Below are positions 1 to 12,510 of a stretch of 64,000 nucleotides of DNA, piece after piece. How positions within the stretch are numbered: the stretch's first letter is position 1; every line of letters starts with the position of its first letter. The notes below the pieces were generated by a model. It saw only the letters and a program-made list of their open reading frames with translations. It did not search any database and was not told the origin of the DNA. The translations under genes were made by a program, and so were the position numbers. Origin of the DNA: Lama guanicoe (taxonomy: Eukaryota); the NCBI GenBank assembly GCA_013239625.1, contig MU053933.1, forward strand, positions 1,759,026 to 1,823,025, read 5' to 3'.

Positions 1-869
1 AGACGGCCGCGAGGGCCCCGTGGCTCTGCCGTGTCGGACCGGCCCCGCCCGGCCCAGCTGCCCTACCCGCTGGAAGGTGGCCTCTGCCCCCTGCCCGCAT
101 GGCGTCTCTGGCTGGTGCAGTTCCTAAGTTTGCAGGGGGCGAGGGGGGAGGCCCTGCATGAACAGTGGCCTGGGCCAGAGTCCCTTTTCACCAGGGAGTG
201 TCTGCTTTCTGGAACATTCCACGCTGTTCCTCTTGTGATGTGCACTCACGTCTGCAGGCATTTTATTGCCTGGTCACCAGTGCTCGTTAGTGAGGCTGCA
301 TCCTTCAAGCACCTAAAGTCCGAGCATGGCCGGGCTTCCGCTGACTCCGCTTGTCCGCGAGGCCGTGATACCGGGGCCCTGTCTCTTGTCCCATGGACGC
401 TGATGGCCTGGCAACGCCTCATCTCTTGTGAATAGACCTGAAAACTGGAGAACCCTCTCGAGTCCCCAGGTCGGAGCACCAGGCATCCTGCCACCTGCCT
501 GGCTCCACACCAGCAGCTCCGACTGGGGCAGGAGTGGGGCTGCACCTGGGGGACGCGTCTCCTGGGGCCAGGGTTCCCTCAGCCGCTGCCCCCACTTGGC
601 GTTGCCTGAAGTGGTCTCCCGTGGAAACGTCGGGACAGAGGCAGGCAGGGGTGGTGCTCAGACAGCCCTGGATGCTGAAGGAAGACCTGTCGCCTCACAC
701 ACCTGGGGCCCCTTCTTGGTTTTAGTGCCACTTCGTGTCTTTCTGGTCCCTCCAGCGATGTGAGCATCTCCCAAGGAAGCTCCTGGCAGACCCGGCCGGG
801 AGGCACTGCCAGCCTGAGTGCTGCTGCCAGCCCACCGGCACCCTGTCCTCACCAGGGACTCGCCTGAAG

Positions 870-1719
870 AACTTACTGGATCTTCTGTGCAGACAGTCAT
901 GTCATCGACGAATGACAAGAGCTTGTTTTCTTCTTTTAAGTCCTATTTCTCTTATTTCTTTATGTGTCTTATCACAGTGGCTGCGGTAAGATCTCTGAGC
1001 AGCAGGAGCCGTGGTGGCAGAGGCCCGTAAGCAGCTATGAGTGGGGTTGAACTCACCCTCTGCTTTTCCTGAATCTAATGACACGATCATGTCGGTTTTT
1101 TCCTTTTATCTCTTGCTGACAGTAACTAGATTTCTTGATTTTCTGTCGTAGACCATTCCTGTGTCCTGGTATAAACCAAATTTGGTCAAGTGTGCTTTGG
1201 TGACTACATGGCTGCAATCAGTTTGCTAATGTACATTATTGCCAGTGGCCCATCTGTGTTCACGCACGTGACCGGCTTGTTAAGTAACGGGCATTTTGCC
1301 TGCTTCCTGCTGTTTGCTGGAGTGGCCCTAGTGTTTGTCCTTTAAGTAAACGCTGACTCTGGGTCTTAGGTACTGTCACCTCGCAGGGAACTATACAGTG
1401 AGTGTGCCATCTCGGGGGGAAGTGTGTAGTGAGCATATGTAATACTTCCAGTTGCTCTTACTTTTTTGAGTGTTTTAATCAGGAAGTGAAGTTAGATTTT
1501 GTTAAATTACCTGTCTAGCATTCTTTTTAAAGAAATAGGGCGGATTTTATTGATAGATTGTCCACTATCAAACTATCCTTGCATTCATGGAACAGACCCC
1601 ACTTGGTCACCATGTATAGTTTTTTAATGTGCTGTTAGATTCTGTTTGCTAAATTTTAATTTAATTTTAATTTGCTAAGTTTTAAAGGAATTTTTGTGTT
1701 TGTATTCATAAGTAAAGAG
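870..1719 (-). mobile_element. Ancient L1 (L1M-type) ORF2 remnant
   Basis: T-rich antisense L1-like phrases, e.g. 'cagtcatgtcatc', 'atccttgcattcatggaacagaccccacttggtcacc', 'gattctgtttgctaa'. Confidence 0.65.
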
Positions 1720-2428
1720 CAATGAGTCTCAAATGTTTGGTCTCTTTACCGATAATCTTAAAGAATTACTGAGGACCCTAAAGAACTTCTGCTTTTGTGA
1801 GTTGTGTCTACTGTGGTTCCCAGCAGGGGGTGGGCCTGCTCCCACCCAAGGGGACATGCGGTGCCATCAGGAGATGTTTTTGGTGGTCACAGTGTGTGTG
1901 GCGGGCTGCGGCTGCCAGCATCTAGTGGGGGATTCAGGGACGCTGCCAGGTATCCCACGAAGCCCAGGGCATCCCCACAGCAAAGGAGCACCTTGTCCAA
2001 GATGGCATTCATGCCACAGTTGAGAAGCTCTGCTGCTGATGTGTAACAGTTTAGAAATTAACCAGCATTTCAAAAATATTTATTAAATAATTCCTTTAAA
2101 AGAGCAGCAATAAACTCATTACATGTTCACATAAATAACATTTTTATAAAGAAAAACTATGCTTTCCTAAACTGAAAAAAGTACAGTGAGGAGAGGGGCA
2201 TTGTCTTATATTTTGACAATGTAATTAATCTCTCAAATGTCTGACCTGTTAGGGGACCCCCGAAATAGCTGCTTCTGCATTCAGACTGTTTTACTGGGTT
2301 GTTTGATGGAGGTTGATACGGAAAATTCTGCCTCACCAAGTGTGTGCTTGGAAAACTAAGGACTCTCAGATCTCACAACGGGGTCTTGGGAACCCCTGGG
2401 GTCCTCGCATCACACTTGAGAACCGTTG
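1720..2428. mobile_element. hAT-Charlie non-autonomous element (Charlie1/MER119-like), interrupted by MER20
   Basis: Degenerate terminal inverted repeats CAATGAGTCTCAAA ... TTGAGAACCGTTG; internal 'gaggaccctaaagaacttctg' and 'cattacatgttcacataaataacatt'. Confidence 0.65.
1811..2032 (+). mobile_element. MER20 (hAT-Charlie)
   Basis: Resembles the MER20 consensus as recalled: 'aggggacat...ggagatgtttttggtggtcaca...gcatctagtggg...gttgagaagctctg'. Confidence 0.75.
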
Positions 2429-2459
2429 ATTTAGACACGTTTCCTCCCCACCACCTGCC

Positions 2460-3900
2460 TTCTTCATTCTTCCTGGATTCAGCCTCACACTTGCTTCATA
2501 AAAAGGCATCTGGAAATTTTCCTTCCTTCTCTATGTTCTTGAGGTTAAATCATTGTAAGACAATCTGTTCTTACAGGATTGGTGGAATTCTCTTGTGAAA
2601 TCACCTGGGTTTGGTAGCTTTCATTAGTGGTAACGCTGACAGATACCTCTTTTAATTCTATAAAAGCAGGTCTGTTCAGACTTTCTATCTTTTCTGGGGT
2701 CACTGTTTTTGTAAATTTTTTCTATTAGAAAATTACCTGCTTCATCTAGGTTTCCAAATTTATCTGCATAGAGATGTACAATTATTTCCATGATTTAAAA
2801 ATAATTGTCTTCTTTTGAAGGTTATTCTCTCCTTTCTTATTTTATGTATTTTGTTCCCCCTTTTCTTAGTTTATTTTTATTGCTATGAGGGACTCATCTG
2901 TTTTATTGATGTTTTCCAAAACCCACTTTTAAAGTTTAGCTGTTAATCGAAATGCTTTTTTTCCTCTTTTCTCTTTTTTTTAATTTTGCTTTTGCCTTTA
3001 TTAATTCCATCAGTTACTCTTTCATTTTCTTCTGGCTTTCTGAATCGGAGCCTCCACTCTTTTATTTTCATGCTTTCGTTTCTAAAGACTTTAAGTATTT
3101 AATGTGATAAACTTTCCTCTAAACACTGCTTTAGTTTTCATTATGTTTCTAGAAATTCTGCAGCTTGGGTTTCTACTTCCCCGGGGAGGAGCATCTTAGA
3201 GGAAAACGTTTACATTCTGTCGGGAGCCCTTTCTGTTTCCTGATTTTATGAATAATTTCTAGGGAATATTGTTTGTGTTTAGTTACTGTTTGGCATTTGT
3301 TGAAAATTTCTTGGTTGCGTATTTTAGGGGCTCTGTTCACCAGTGTTTCCATGAGCAGCTGGAAGAGGGGGCAGCCTCACTTACCAAGCACAGGATTGGC
3401 TGCACGTGCTCAGAGTCCACTCCGTCAGTCTTGCTGTTACAGCTCCTCCGGTCCTTCTGACCACTGTTCTTTTCTGGGTTGAAAGAGATGTATTAGTGTC
3501 TCCTATTATTAGCGTCTTTGATTTGTTCCTGTGGCGTCCCCAGTAATTTCTGCTTTATGAAGAGTGTTGCTGGATTACTTGGCCCACGGGTGTTAACTTG
3601 CTGCATCTTCCTTAAGAACGTTAGTCCGGAGCACATAGGCGTTCCTGGTTTGTCTCATTGCATTTCGCTCACCTGGTTGTTCTCTGACACCGAGGTCTTG
3701 CCCCTGTTGTGGGGCGTTTCCCGAGTGCACCCTCATTCCTCACTGGCAGCCGCGCTGAGCAGTTCTCTTACACCTCGCAGGGCTGGGTTCTGTTTCATAA
3801 GCCGCTGTGAAAATATTTCCGTTAGAAGCTGATCTTAGCCCCGCGTACTGACCGATAGGATGCATGTGTTGGGATTAGCGCTGTCGGTGTTCCGTGCATT
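2460..3900 (-). mobile_element. Ancient L1 (L1M-type) remnant, continuation
   Basis: 'ggtggaattctcttgtgaaatcacctggg', 'ttcatctaggtttccaaatttatctgcataga', 'actttcctctaaacactgctttag'. Confidence 0.65.
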
Positions 3901-6039
3901 TGGGGGGTAAGCACAGAGGCTGCTGCCCGCACAGCACACGCACGGCGCAGACACGGCGCTCCGTGCACGCAGTGCTCTCTCCCGTCGCCCTTCTGGTGTT
4001 TCGCCTTGTACTGCTTGGTGGTGCTGCCCTGACGGCTGGGGCAGTGTGTGCTCTGCTTAGTGGCTACCTCATATGAATGCCTTTACATCAGATCCTGAGT
4101 TCCCCCTTTTGGATACTATCTGTCCTTGCTCTACTAAGAGGGACAGTAAAATGCCCTGTGACCTCCCCGTCCCCAAGGCGTTCCCTCCCCCGGCACCTGC
4201 TTCCGCCGCCCCTGCACACCTGTGCTGTTCCTGCCGGTCGCTCAGCTGCCCCGACGTCGTTTTACCTGCCGTGGTCGGTGGAGTGATGGGGGCACCCTGC
4301 TTGGTTATCGGAGCACATAGCACGTCCCGTTGGGTCAGCCCTCTCCGCCTGGCCTTCTCTCTCCACCTGAACGTCCTGGTGGCTCAGCCACGTCCGGATC
4401 AGTCGTGGGCACGGGTTTGGACTGTGTGTGTGAACAGAGCCACTCTTCCCCGGGTCCCAGCCCCCGTCATCCCTCCAGGACCTCTTGCCTGCAAGCTGTT
4501 TCTGCATCTTACTCTGGTACCCAGTGCTCGCTCCGTGGTCGTTTGTCTGCATGTCTTTCCTTTGCCTTTGGTTTCAGTCTTTCTGTGACTCATGTTTTAG
4601 CATCATTTGTCTCTTGTAAATCTAGCGGGCTGCTGGGTTCTTAAACTGCTGGCGAGACTCACTGTGGTCACTGATGGACTTGGACTTTCTACTTCATCAC
4701 CTTCATCATTCATCTTCCTTCTCCTTTGTTCTCCTGCCTTCTCTTGACTTTAATCTGTTAAAAGTGCTCATCAGCTCCTGTCCTCGGAGCGGCACCTTTC
4801 CGGCAGCAGGAGGCCTGGTGCACGGAGATACAGAGCATTGGTGTCTGCTTTCTTCCCAAATAGCACAGAGACCTGAGAACTGGGCTCACAGTGTTTTCAA
4901 GCCCTGATTCTGGAGCACAAGCCACCCTGTGCCAGGTGTTTGCCCCTCTGTGCTCTCATGGAGCCTCTGCCGTGGCTCCTGGGCTCTGGGCGTCTTCTGC
5001 AGGTGAGGAACGGGGTGCTCGGAGAAGTGACTCTGGGACTCCGCGCCCGCCCACCACTTCCGTCCCTGCCCTCCCAGGGCTGTGCCTTTTGTCCTGTTCC
5101 TTCTCCACTCCAGATGCCCGTACTTTCTGAGCCTTCACCCCGCTGGCACCCCCGAGCCTGGGGACCCTTCCCGCGGCAGCTTTCTGGACTGGCTGGCAGG
5201 CGTCCTGTGCGGTGACACACCTGTTCCTCGCGTGTGTGCACGTGTGCGTGTCTTCCTGTGTGAAGGTGGGGTTCGGGGCTGCTGTCCTGTCCCAGCTCCG
5301 GTGACACCAGCAACTTGGCAAGATGTTGGCTTTATCAGGGCAGTGAATGGCTTTGGAGCAGTTCCACTGTTTGGTGCTTTGACAGCTTGTTTTCAGTTGA
5401 TAATAAAATTTGCGATTGGTGGCTTTCCTCCTGTTAATCAGTAAGCAGCTCCACGCTGCCGGCTCTCTCAGCCGGGTCTCCGGGGACCATGCTTACCGCC
5501 TTCTTGACCCCGGAGTCCCGGGATGGGCCAGGCGGGCGTCGGGAGCTGGGCGTGTGCTGCAGCCACCGCGGGGGACAGCTGTGCTGGAGGACATTCCGTG
5601 GGGGTCCCGCGGTAGGTGCAAGTGTCAGGGTGTCTTTGTACTGGTTTCTCCACAGCTTGATCCTGTTTTTGTGAGGATTTGGCAAACATCTGATAGATTG
5701 CTGTGAGAACACGGGCTTCTTTGTTTGGAGTAAATTCTGTTTAGTGAAAAAGATTTCCCTTTTTGTGAATTAAAATCCTTAATCCCAGGATCTGGGCTTG
5801 AGGAGAGGAAGCTGGAGGAAGGAGGGGGTTTTGGTGGCTGGTGCCAGTGAGACGTGCCGGGAGGTAAGAAATTGTGAGTCGGGGGGCGCGGTTCGCTTTC
5901 CGGGCCACTTGCAGTGGGCGTGTGCCCCTCAGTGAGGACACCTTCCAATCCCAGATAGGCAGGGGCAGGAGGGTCCCTGAGAGAAGTGTCTCAGGACAGC
6001 AGAAGAGCCAGGCCCATCGGGCACCCCTCCACCCTGCTC

Positions 6040-6135
6040 CCCCAGGTGAGGAAATGGAGACTCAGAGAGGTCCATCCGTCTCTCAAGGTCACACAGCTCC
6101 TGGGTGGAGAGGCCAGGACTTGAACCCAGGCAGTG
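6040..6135 (-). mobile_element. MIR SINE fragment
   Basis: 'caggtgaggaaatggagactcagagagg...aaggtcacacagct...ggacttgaacccagg' matches the MIR core. Confidence 0.75.
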
Positions 6136-6207
6136 CCCTTCGTGTTCTCTACTGCTTTCAGGGGAGATGAGAGGTTTGTGCTGACCCAGAAGACCTTCCT
6201 GTTACGG

Positions 6208-6544
6208 TGTCTTAGTCCGTCCAGGCTGCCGTAACAGAAGATCGCAGACAGGGCTGGCACACAACAGACGTTTATTTCTCACAGTTCTAGAGGCTGGAAG
6301 TTCAAGGTCAGGGTGCCGGCAGACTCGGTGTCTGGTGAGGACCCGCTGCCTAGTTCATAGGCAGCCGTCTTCTCGCTGGGTCCTCATGTGGTGGAAAGGG
6401 CGGGGGGCTCCCCGGGGTCTTTTACAAGGGGCTCCACCCTCATGACCTAATCACCCTGAAGGCCCCACCGCACGTGCCATCCCACTGGGGACGACTAGGA
6501 GTTCAGCCCTGAATCCAGGGGAGGCTCGGCCCACCCACAGCACA
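6208..6544 (-). mobile_element. MaLR solo LTR (MLT1A-like)
   Basis: 'tgtcttagtcc...tttatttctcacagttctagaggctggaagttcaaggtcagggtgccggcagactcggtgtctggtgagg...ccaccctcatgacctaatcacc'. Confidence 0.8.
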
Positions 6545-9500
6545 GGGCGCTGAGCGAGGAGGCCAAGTTGCGGAGGCCGCAACATCATGGTGTGTGGTAA
6601 TTTGAAACTGCCGCGCTCGGAAGCTACATGGGTCCGAAGAAGAGACACCAGGGTGGCAGTAGTCGGCCCCGGGGTGGGACGGGGCTGAGGGCGACTCTTC
6701 CCTTCTTACTATGTACTTCTGCATGGTTTCAAAATTTTATAGCAAAAAAAAGTATTCCACTTACCAGTTTGCAGAATCTTCAAAAAACAGAGTTGGGGGT
6801 ATTTTGTAATCGAGACATTTCACCGGAGCTGGAGGGCTGGGGGGGCTGCGAGGCACAGCGTCTCCACGTCCCCGCTGAGTGCATGTCCTCGGGGCCCCCG
6901 GCCCCTCAGCCTGGCTCTGAAGTTAGTGAAGCAAAGCTAGTTCTGGAATCTTCCTGTGGTGGACACTCACCTTGTGGCTGTGCTTTGATTTCTGCAGGCC
7001 CCGCAGGGGGGCCCCAGTGCTCGCAGCCTCCAGGGTTGGTTTTCTCGCGTTGGGGTGACTCTCATCAGGAGGTGCTGCCGACCAGGGTGACAGCTCTCTG
7101 GACGGCTGTGCGCAGTCCTGCCCGGAGCCGAGAGCCCCGGCCTGCGGCGTCCGTGTGCCAGTCACCTAGCCTGAAGGTTAGATAGAAATTTTAATAGTGG
7201 TTTTTAGTTGAAACGGTCAGGAAGAAAGCAAGCTGATTCTTATGAATGTTAAGGATCACAGTAACTGCTCAAACAGATTTCACGTCTGAAAACTGTATTT
7301 TGCTTAAAGTTTGCTTCCATGTAGGAAGTTTCCTGGGACAGTTTCAGCTGGTGGCTCTAGTCACTGCAAACGGTGAGGTTTCCTAAGAAGGCTGTACACG
7401 TGTGTCCGCTACATGCACGATACTGGGTGTCTAATGTCACTCACACTGAACTGAACCCGGCCCCGCGCCAGGACGCGCGCCCACGGCGCCAGGACCACGA
7501 GGTGGTTCCTGCGGGTGCTTCTGTGCTCTGTGTACGTCTCCTCACTGCCGTCCGCACTGGGCTGTCACCGCCCTCTGAGGGCCTCCTGCCGGCCGGTCCT
7601 GGCCTGCAGAATCTTAGGAAGGTCAGTGTGTTTTGTCTGAATGCCTGGGTGGCCGCAGGCCGGAGCGCTGTCCCACGTCCTTGGAAGGCTTGCAGGTTGG
7701 CCCCGTGTGTTAGATCAGAGCTGGTGGTCTCCCAGCGCTCCCTCCACGGCAGGTGAGCCCCCCATGTGGCAGCCTTATCCCCGGCCCCATGCCGTTGCCC
7801 CCTGTGCGTGGCCCTCGTGGGTAGATACTGCAGGATAATTGCAGCCGCACAAACAGGGCTGCACAGTCTTCCCAAATGTGCTTCAGAGCACTGGAGACTT
7901 GGCCGCGGGCTTTCCTGGGCTCACACCTCAGGCTGTTTACCTGTGTTTGGTTTGCCTAGTAACCCGCGTCCTCCGAGGTCCCAGGGTGGATTGGAAGGAC
8001 ATCGAATCAGCTGGTCCCTGAGAGCGCCAGCCTCCTCCTGGGCCCTCCGCCATCACCGGCTCCTTTACCCCAGAGCCGGGCAAAGCGAAGAGCTTTCCAC
8101 ATGTCGGTTTATTTCGGCTATCTACTTATTTGCTCATGTATGTAAGCTGTGGAAGGGCAGGCTGGGTTGAAGCGTGGAGTGTGAAAGCTCCAGGCGTGGG
8201 GCCGGAAGCCGCCTCCCCCGCGCGTTCAGGGCTGGCTCCCGCACGGGGTCGAGTGGCTTCTCCGGGAAGTGCTTGGGCTGCGGACACGGCCTCTCCCTGC
8301 TTCCTCTGGGGCCCGAGGAGAAACCTCAGGAAACTCATAACCTTTCTAGGTGAGCGCTGCCGGCGAACACCAGGAGCTCCGTGGCCGGCGGTCAGTGGAA
8401 GGATGTGCTGGGCGTGAGAAGGAGGTGTGGGCCTGACGTTCTCCGCAGAAGGGGCCCCACGAGGCCTTAGAGTTTTGGGCGCCTTGACCCTAAGTGGGTC
8501 GTGTGGCTGCTGTCTAAGGGGTGTCCCCAGCTCGAGTGCTGGGCCGACGGACAGACAGGCTGCAGGACCAGTGCCGTCCCAGCAGGCTGGCGGCATCTCG
8601 GTAACCCAGTGAACGCAGCAGGACCTGGTGAGGGGGACGCCGCCCGGGGTGGGTGTTCTGCCCCCGCTGAGAGCCAAGAGCCGGGGCCCAGAGCAGAGGA
8701 GGGCTGAGAAGCGTGTTTTGTTCTGAAACCTGAGCCTTGAGCCTCGTTGCTGTTCCTCTGAGTGTAGGCGGGGCCCGTCCTCCTGAGGTCTGCAGGAAGA
8801 CCGCAGGGCAGGTGACTGTGCCTTAACAGGTGGAGAAGCTGGGACCGACTGCAGGCGCCCTGGCCCCGGGAACTGCTGGGGACGGGAGGTGCCAGGCTCG
8901 TCCCTGGGGCGTCTGGGGTGGAACTAGCCCTGGGGCAGCCAAGTGCTCAGGGGCCTCGTTGGCCAAACTGGTTTCAGGCCCTGGGTCTGCCGGTGATTTG
9001 GTGACCTTGGGCAGAATCCTGTGGAGTTGGCAGAGTTACTGTGATCGTGAAATAAATAATTCTCACGCAGTTCCTGTCGCTTGGCGTGACCTTGGTGTGG
9101 CCCCCTGGCCTCCTGTTGGGCTGTCTCGCGTCTACTCTCCACGTGAGTGTTGGCCCTGCGTTTCCAGGGCGGGAGCTTATGGGACCCCAGACCCTGGGGG
9201 CGGGGTCTGAGTCCCGTTAGGGCTCTGCCTCGTGGGCCCTGACGGCCGCCTGTGTCCTTGGGGTCGGACAGCAGGGGGTCCTCTGCGGGACGAGGGGTGT
9301 CAGCGGGGGCTAACGTCTTTTTGAAACTGCACAGTGATAGCGACTTGCCTGTTCATCCTTCTGCACTTCTGGTGGGCGTGATGACCACTGCTAGCCCAGG
9401 GCGACAACCAGCCACCCCTGAGCGTCCGTCACGCAGCTGCGGACGGAAGGGAACGTGGGAGTGTCGTAAGAGTCATCTGGCCTAAGGAGGGCTCACCAAG

Positions 9501-12418
9501 CTTTGAAAACATACCTTTCATGTTGCTGCTCTGAGGAAACCACCAGAAAATTCTGCCAACGTGCTCCCTGGTCTTTTAGTATTTTGGTATAAATCATTGA
9601 TTTTCAGGTCCAGGGAAATAACCTAGAGATCCTATATTCTGGTGACATTTTCTCGTGTGATACTTGTTCTCAGGCAGTGAAATCTGAGCAGTAGTGGAGG
9701 AGACGTTGGCTCCTGGGGTGGCTCTCAGCCGAGGGCGGTGAGGGTCCTTCCCTCGGGGGGCCCCGAGCCCCAGCAGGCAGGCCCCCGACGGGGAGTCTCC
9801 ATCCAGCAGAAACACTGCGCAGGGGGATTTGGGCAAAATTCCTGTGCCAGCCTTTATTTCAGAGTAAATGAAACCGAGAGACTGAATGTTCAGGTATGCT
9901 GCGTTTCACACAAGTCACACGGGGCGTCGCAAACAGCGGCAGCTGCCCCCGCATCCCGCGCAGTCTGAGGCTGTCCTTCCCGCTGGTTCACGGCTGGAGA
10001 GAAATCTCGGGTGTTCCTTTTAACCTCCTTCGGAAGCGATATGGGGGCGGTGGTGCTGTCATCGTGAGAGATGCCCGCTTGGCGCTCAGCAGGTCAGGCA
10101 CCCTCCCAGCCGCTTCCCGTGGGGACCGTCTAAGGCCTCCCCCAGTCGTTGACATGGGTGCAGCTGTCACCCCCACTTTACAGCAGGGAAGACTGAGGCC
10201 CAGCTTGCAGGGGGGGCACCTGGCCAGATGGCCACGTCTGCTGTGCACCTCTCACAGGGAATCTTTCTAGGACCCGCTGAGACCCTGAAGGTCCACAGTC
10301 CCAGGGAGCCCAGGGGTCAGGGCCGCATCGGCCAGACAGCCTGTTCCCCAAGCTGCTGCGCCCTCAGCGTCAAACACTGGGCTTCGCAGGTGTGGGAGCG
10401 ACGCAGGCTTAGCCCGACCGTTCTGTCCTCCGTCCCCACACGTCCTCAGAGAGCACTGGGCCCAAGGGACTGGCCCATCACTGCCCACCCAGGGCCCAGC
10501 GTCCAGTGCAGAACAGAGGAGGACAGACCCAGCTCAGCCCCTGGAGGAGCCCCCAGGGGTGTGGTCTGAGGACAGAGGCTCTGAGGGGCCCGAAGCCACG
10601 TGGGCCACCAACCCTCCACCCCCGAGCTTGCCTGGTGCCCTGCGGACATGGCAGGAGGCTGAGAACAGGACGTGGGGAGTGTCTTAAGGGCCTGGTCAGA
10701 AGGCGGCCGTTGAGGGTGCTGCCAGCAGCAGCCAGTTGGGCCGTGGCCCGTCTCCTGTGGTAGAGGGGCCTACCTTGGTGGTGGAGGAGGCCCGGAGGCA
10801 CCAGCAGACACAGAGGGGGCAGAGCCAGCCGGGCGGCAGAACGTCCTCACAACAGCTTTTTAAATGAGAACTGGTTTCAGGGCAGAGGGCAAATCCAGAT
10901 GCCACCAGTCGTGGGTCGGTCAAGGGCATCTGCCGCCCTTCCTGGAGCTCTGAGCCAGACAGCCTCCCAGGCAGCGTCCCCGACCCGAGAACAGACGCCA
11001 CGAGGACCCTGGGTCTGCCGGACGTCAGCTGGCCCGTCATGGTCATGCAGACGGAGATCAGGGAGCCGCTCTGAGAGAGGAGGGCTCTGTCACTTTTCAT
11101 CAGAAGATGGAGGCGGTGTCCTTCCTCGGGAACCGCCCCCCCCCCCCCCCGCCAGGTCAGCACTTCCTCCGGCTGCTCTGGGGATTAAGGACGCGGGAAG
11201 CCTCACCCAGTAGGACAGTCCTCAGGGCAGCCCTCCCAGCCCCTCCCGTGGACCAAGTGGGGAGCAGTGGCCGCCTCCTCTCCTGAGAGCATCTCGGGCC
11301 CGGAGCCGGAGGCCGGGGTGCAGAACCGAGTATCAGAAGAAGCCTTACGGCAGCCTGTCTGAGGCCCCAGGACAGCGGCCTCGGGTCACACGGGGCGCCA
11401 GAGCACTGCAGACTCACCGTGGAGCACAGGGCAGGTCCTCTGCTGTGCAGAGCCCAGGGCTGCGAGTGGACGGGGGGTGCGGGGGCGCTGGGAGCCGCTG
11501 GGGCAGCTGCTGTTGGAAGAGGGTCTCTTGTACTGAGCACCATGAAAGATGCACAGAGGAATGAGTGTCACTTCACCCCAATCCAGCATGAAGACTCCTC
11601 CAGGAGCCCCTCTGTGCTGGGCCCTGTGCCTTGGGGACAGGTTCCTCAGGGGACGCCTCTGTCCTGGGTCCCTTCCTCTGCTCTCGGCCCCTCCTTGCAG
11701 GCCCAGCCGTCTCAGGCTGGGGGGGCGTGGGAGGACAGACCCCACATTTGCTTGTTCACGTGTCCGGTTCCTTCCACACCCTTGCCCCAGGTCCTCACAG
11801 GGAGAGGCGCCCCTGGCAGTGCTGCAGCGGCCATGCACACGGCGCCTGGAGTTGGAACTTCCCGGCGTCCGGGGTGGTGGGGAGGCTGGGGAGCCCGTGG
11901 GCCTGGGACCTGGCCCCACTGAGAGGGGATCTGCCCAGCCCCTTCCAGCCCAGGGCCGAGCACTGGCCTGTCTAGCCCACCGCACACCCGCCCCAGGCCA
12001 CGTCGGGGTCCCGTGTGTGCCCTCCGGCCACAGTCCCGGGTCAGGGTGGGTGGAGCCCACTGACCTGTCTCCTGGCCGAGCCCCGTGACACCACCTGCTT
12101 GCAACGGCTCCAGGCTGAAAGCCGCTTATTGGATTAGCGGGCGCCTAGTGGAACCCCCTCTACGGCAGAGGGAAGGCCTGTGTTTTACGTGCTGCCCCAG
12201 GACGTCCCTGTTTTCCTCCGAGTTGGCCTCTGAGACCCGCAGGCCGCTGCAGGGAAGGCGGCACCCCGGAAGCAGTGTCCTCCTCTGCTGAGCGGATGGT
12301 CTGGGCGGCCATAGCCCATCAGACCCAAGCAGTGTAGACAGGGCCATAATCGCCTTCCTTATCCTTTGGGGAGGCTGACCCGTCCACGCCGCCGTCTCCT
12401 CTCACCGACTCTCACAAG

Positions 12419-12510
12419 GGTCCGAAGATGCTGGCCAGCTACTCAACCTGCCTGTTCTGGGGCGTCTGCACCGGCCTGCTGGCTGTGGCCTTGGCCTATT
12501 ACTTCTACTG
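12419..12510 (+). other. Candidate alternative AGPAT3 5' exon carrying the start of a hydrophobic uORF (ATG 12428)
   Basis: Branch-like CTGAC at 12375, pyrimidine tract, cacaag| acceptor and TG|gtgagc donor. Encodes MLASYSTCLFWGVCTGLLAVALAYYFY(W). Confidence 0.55.
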
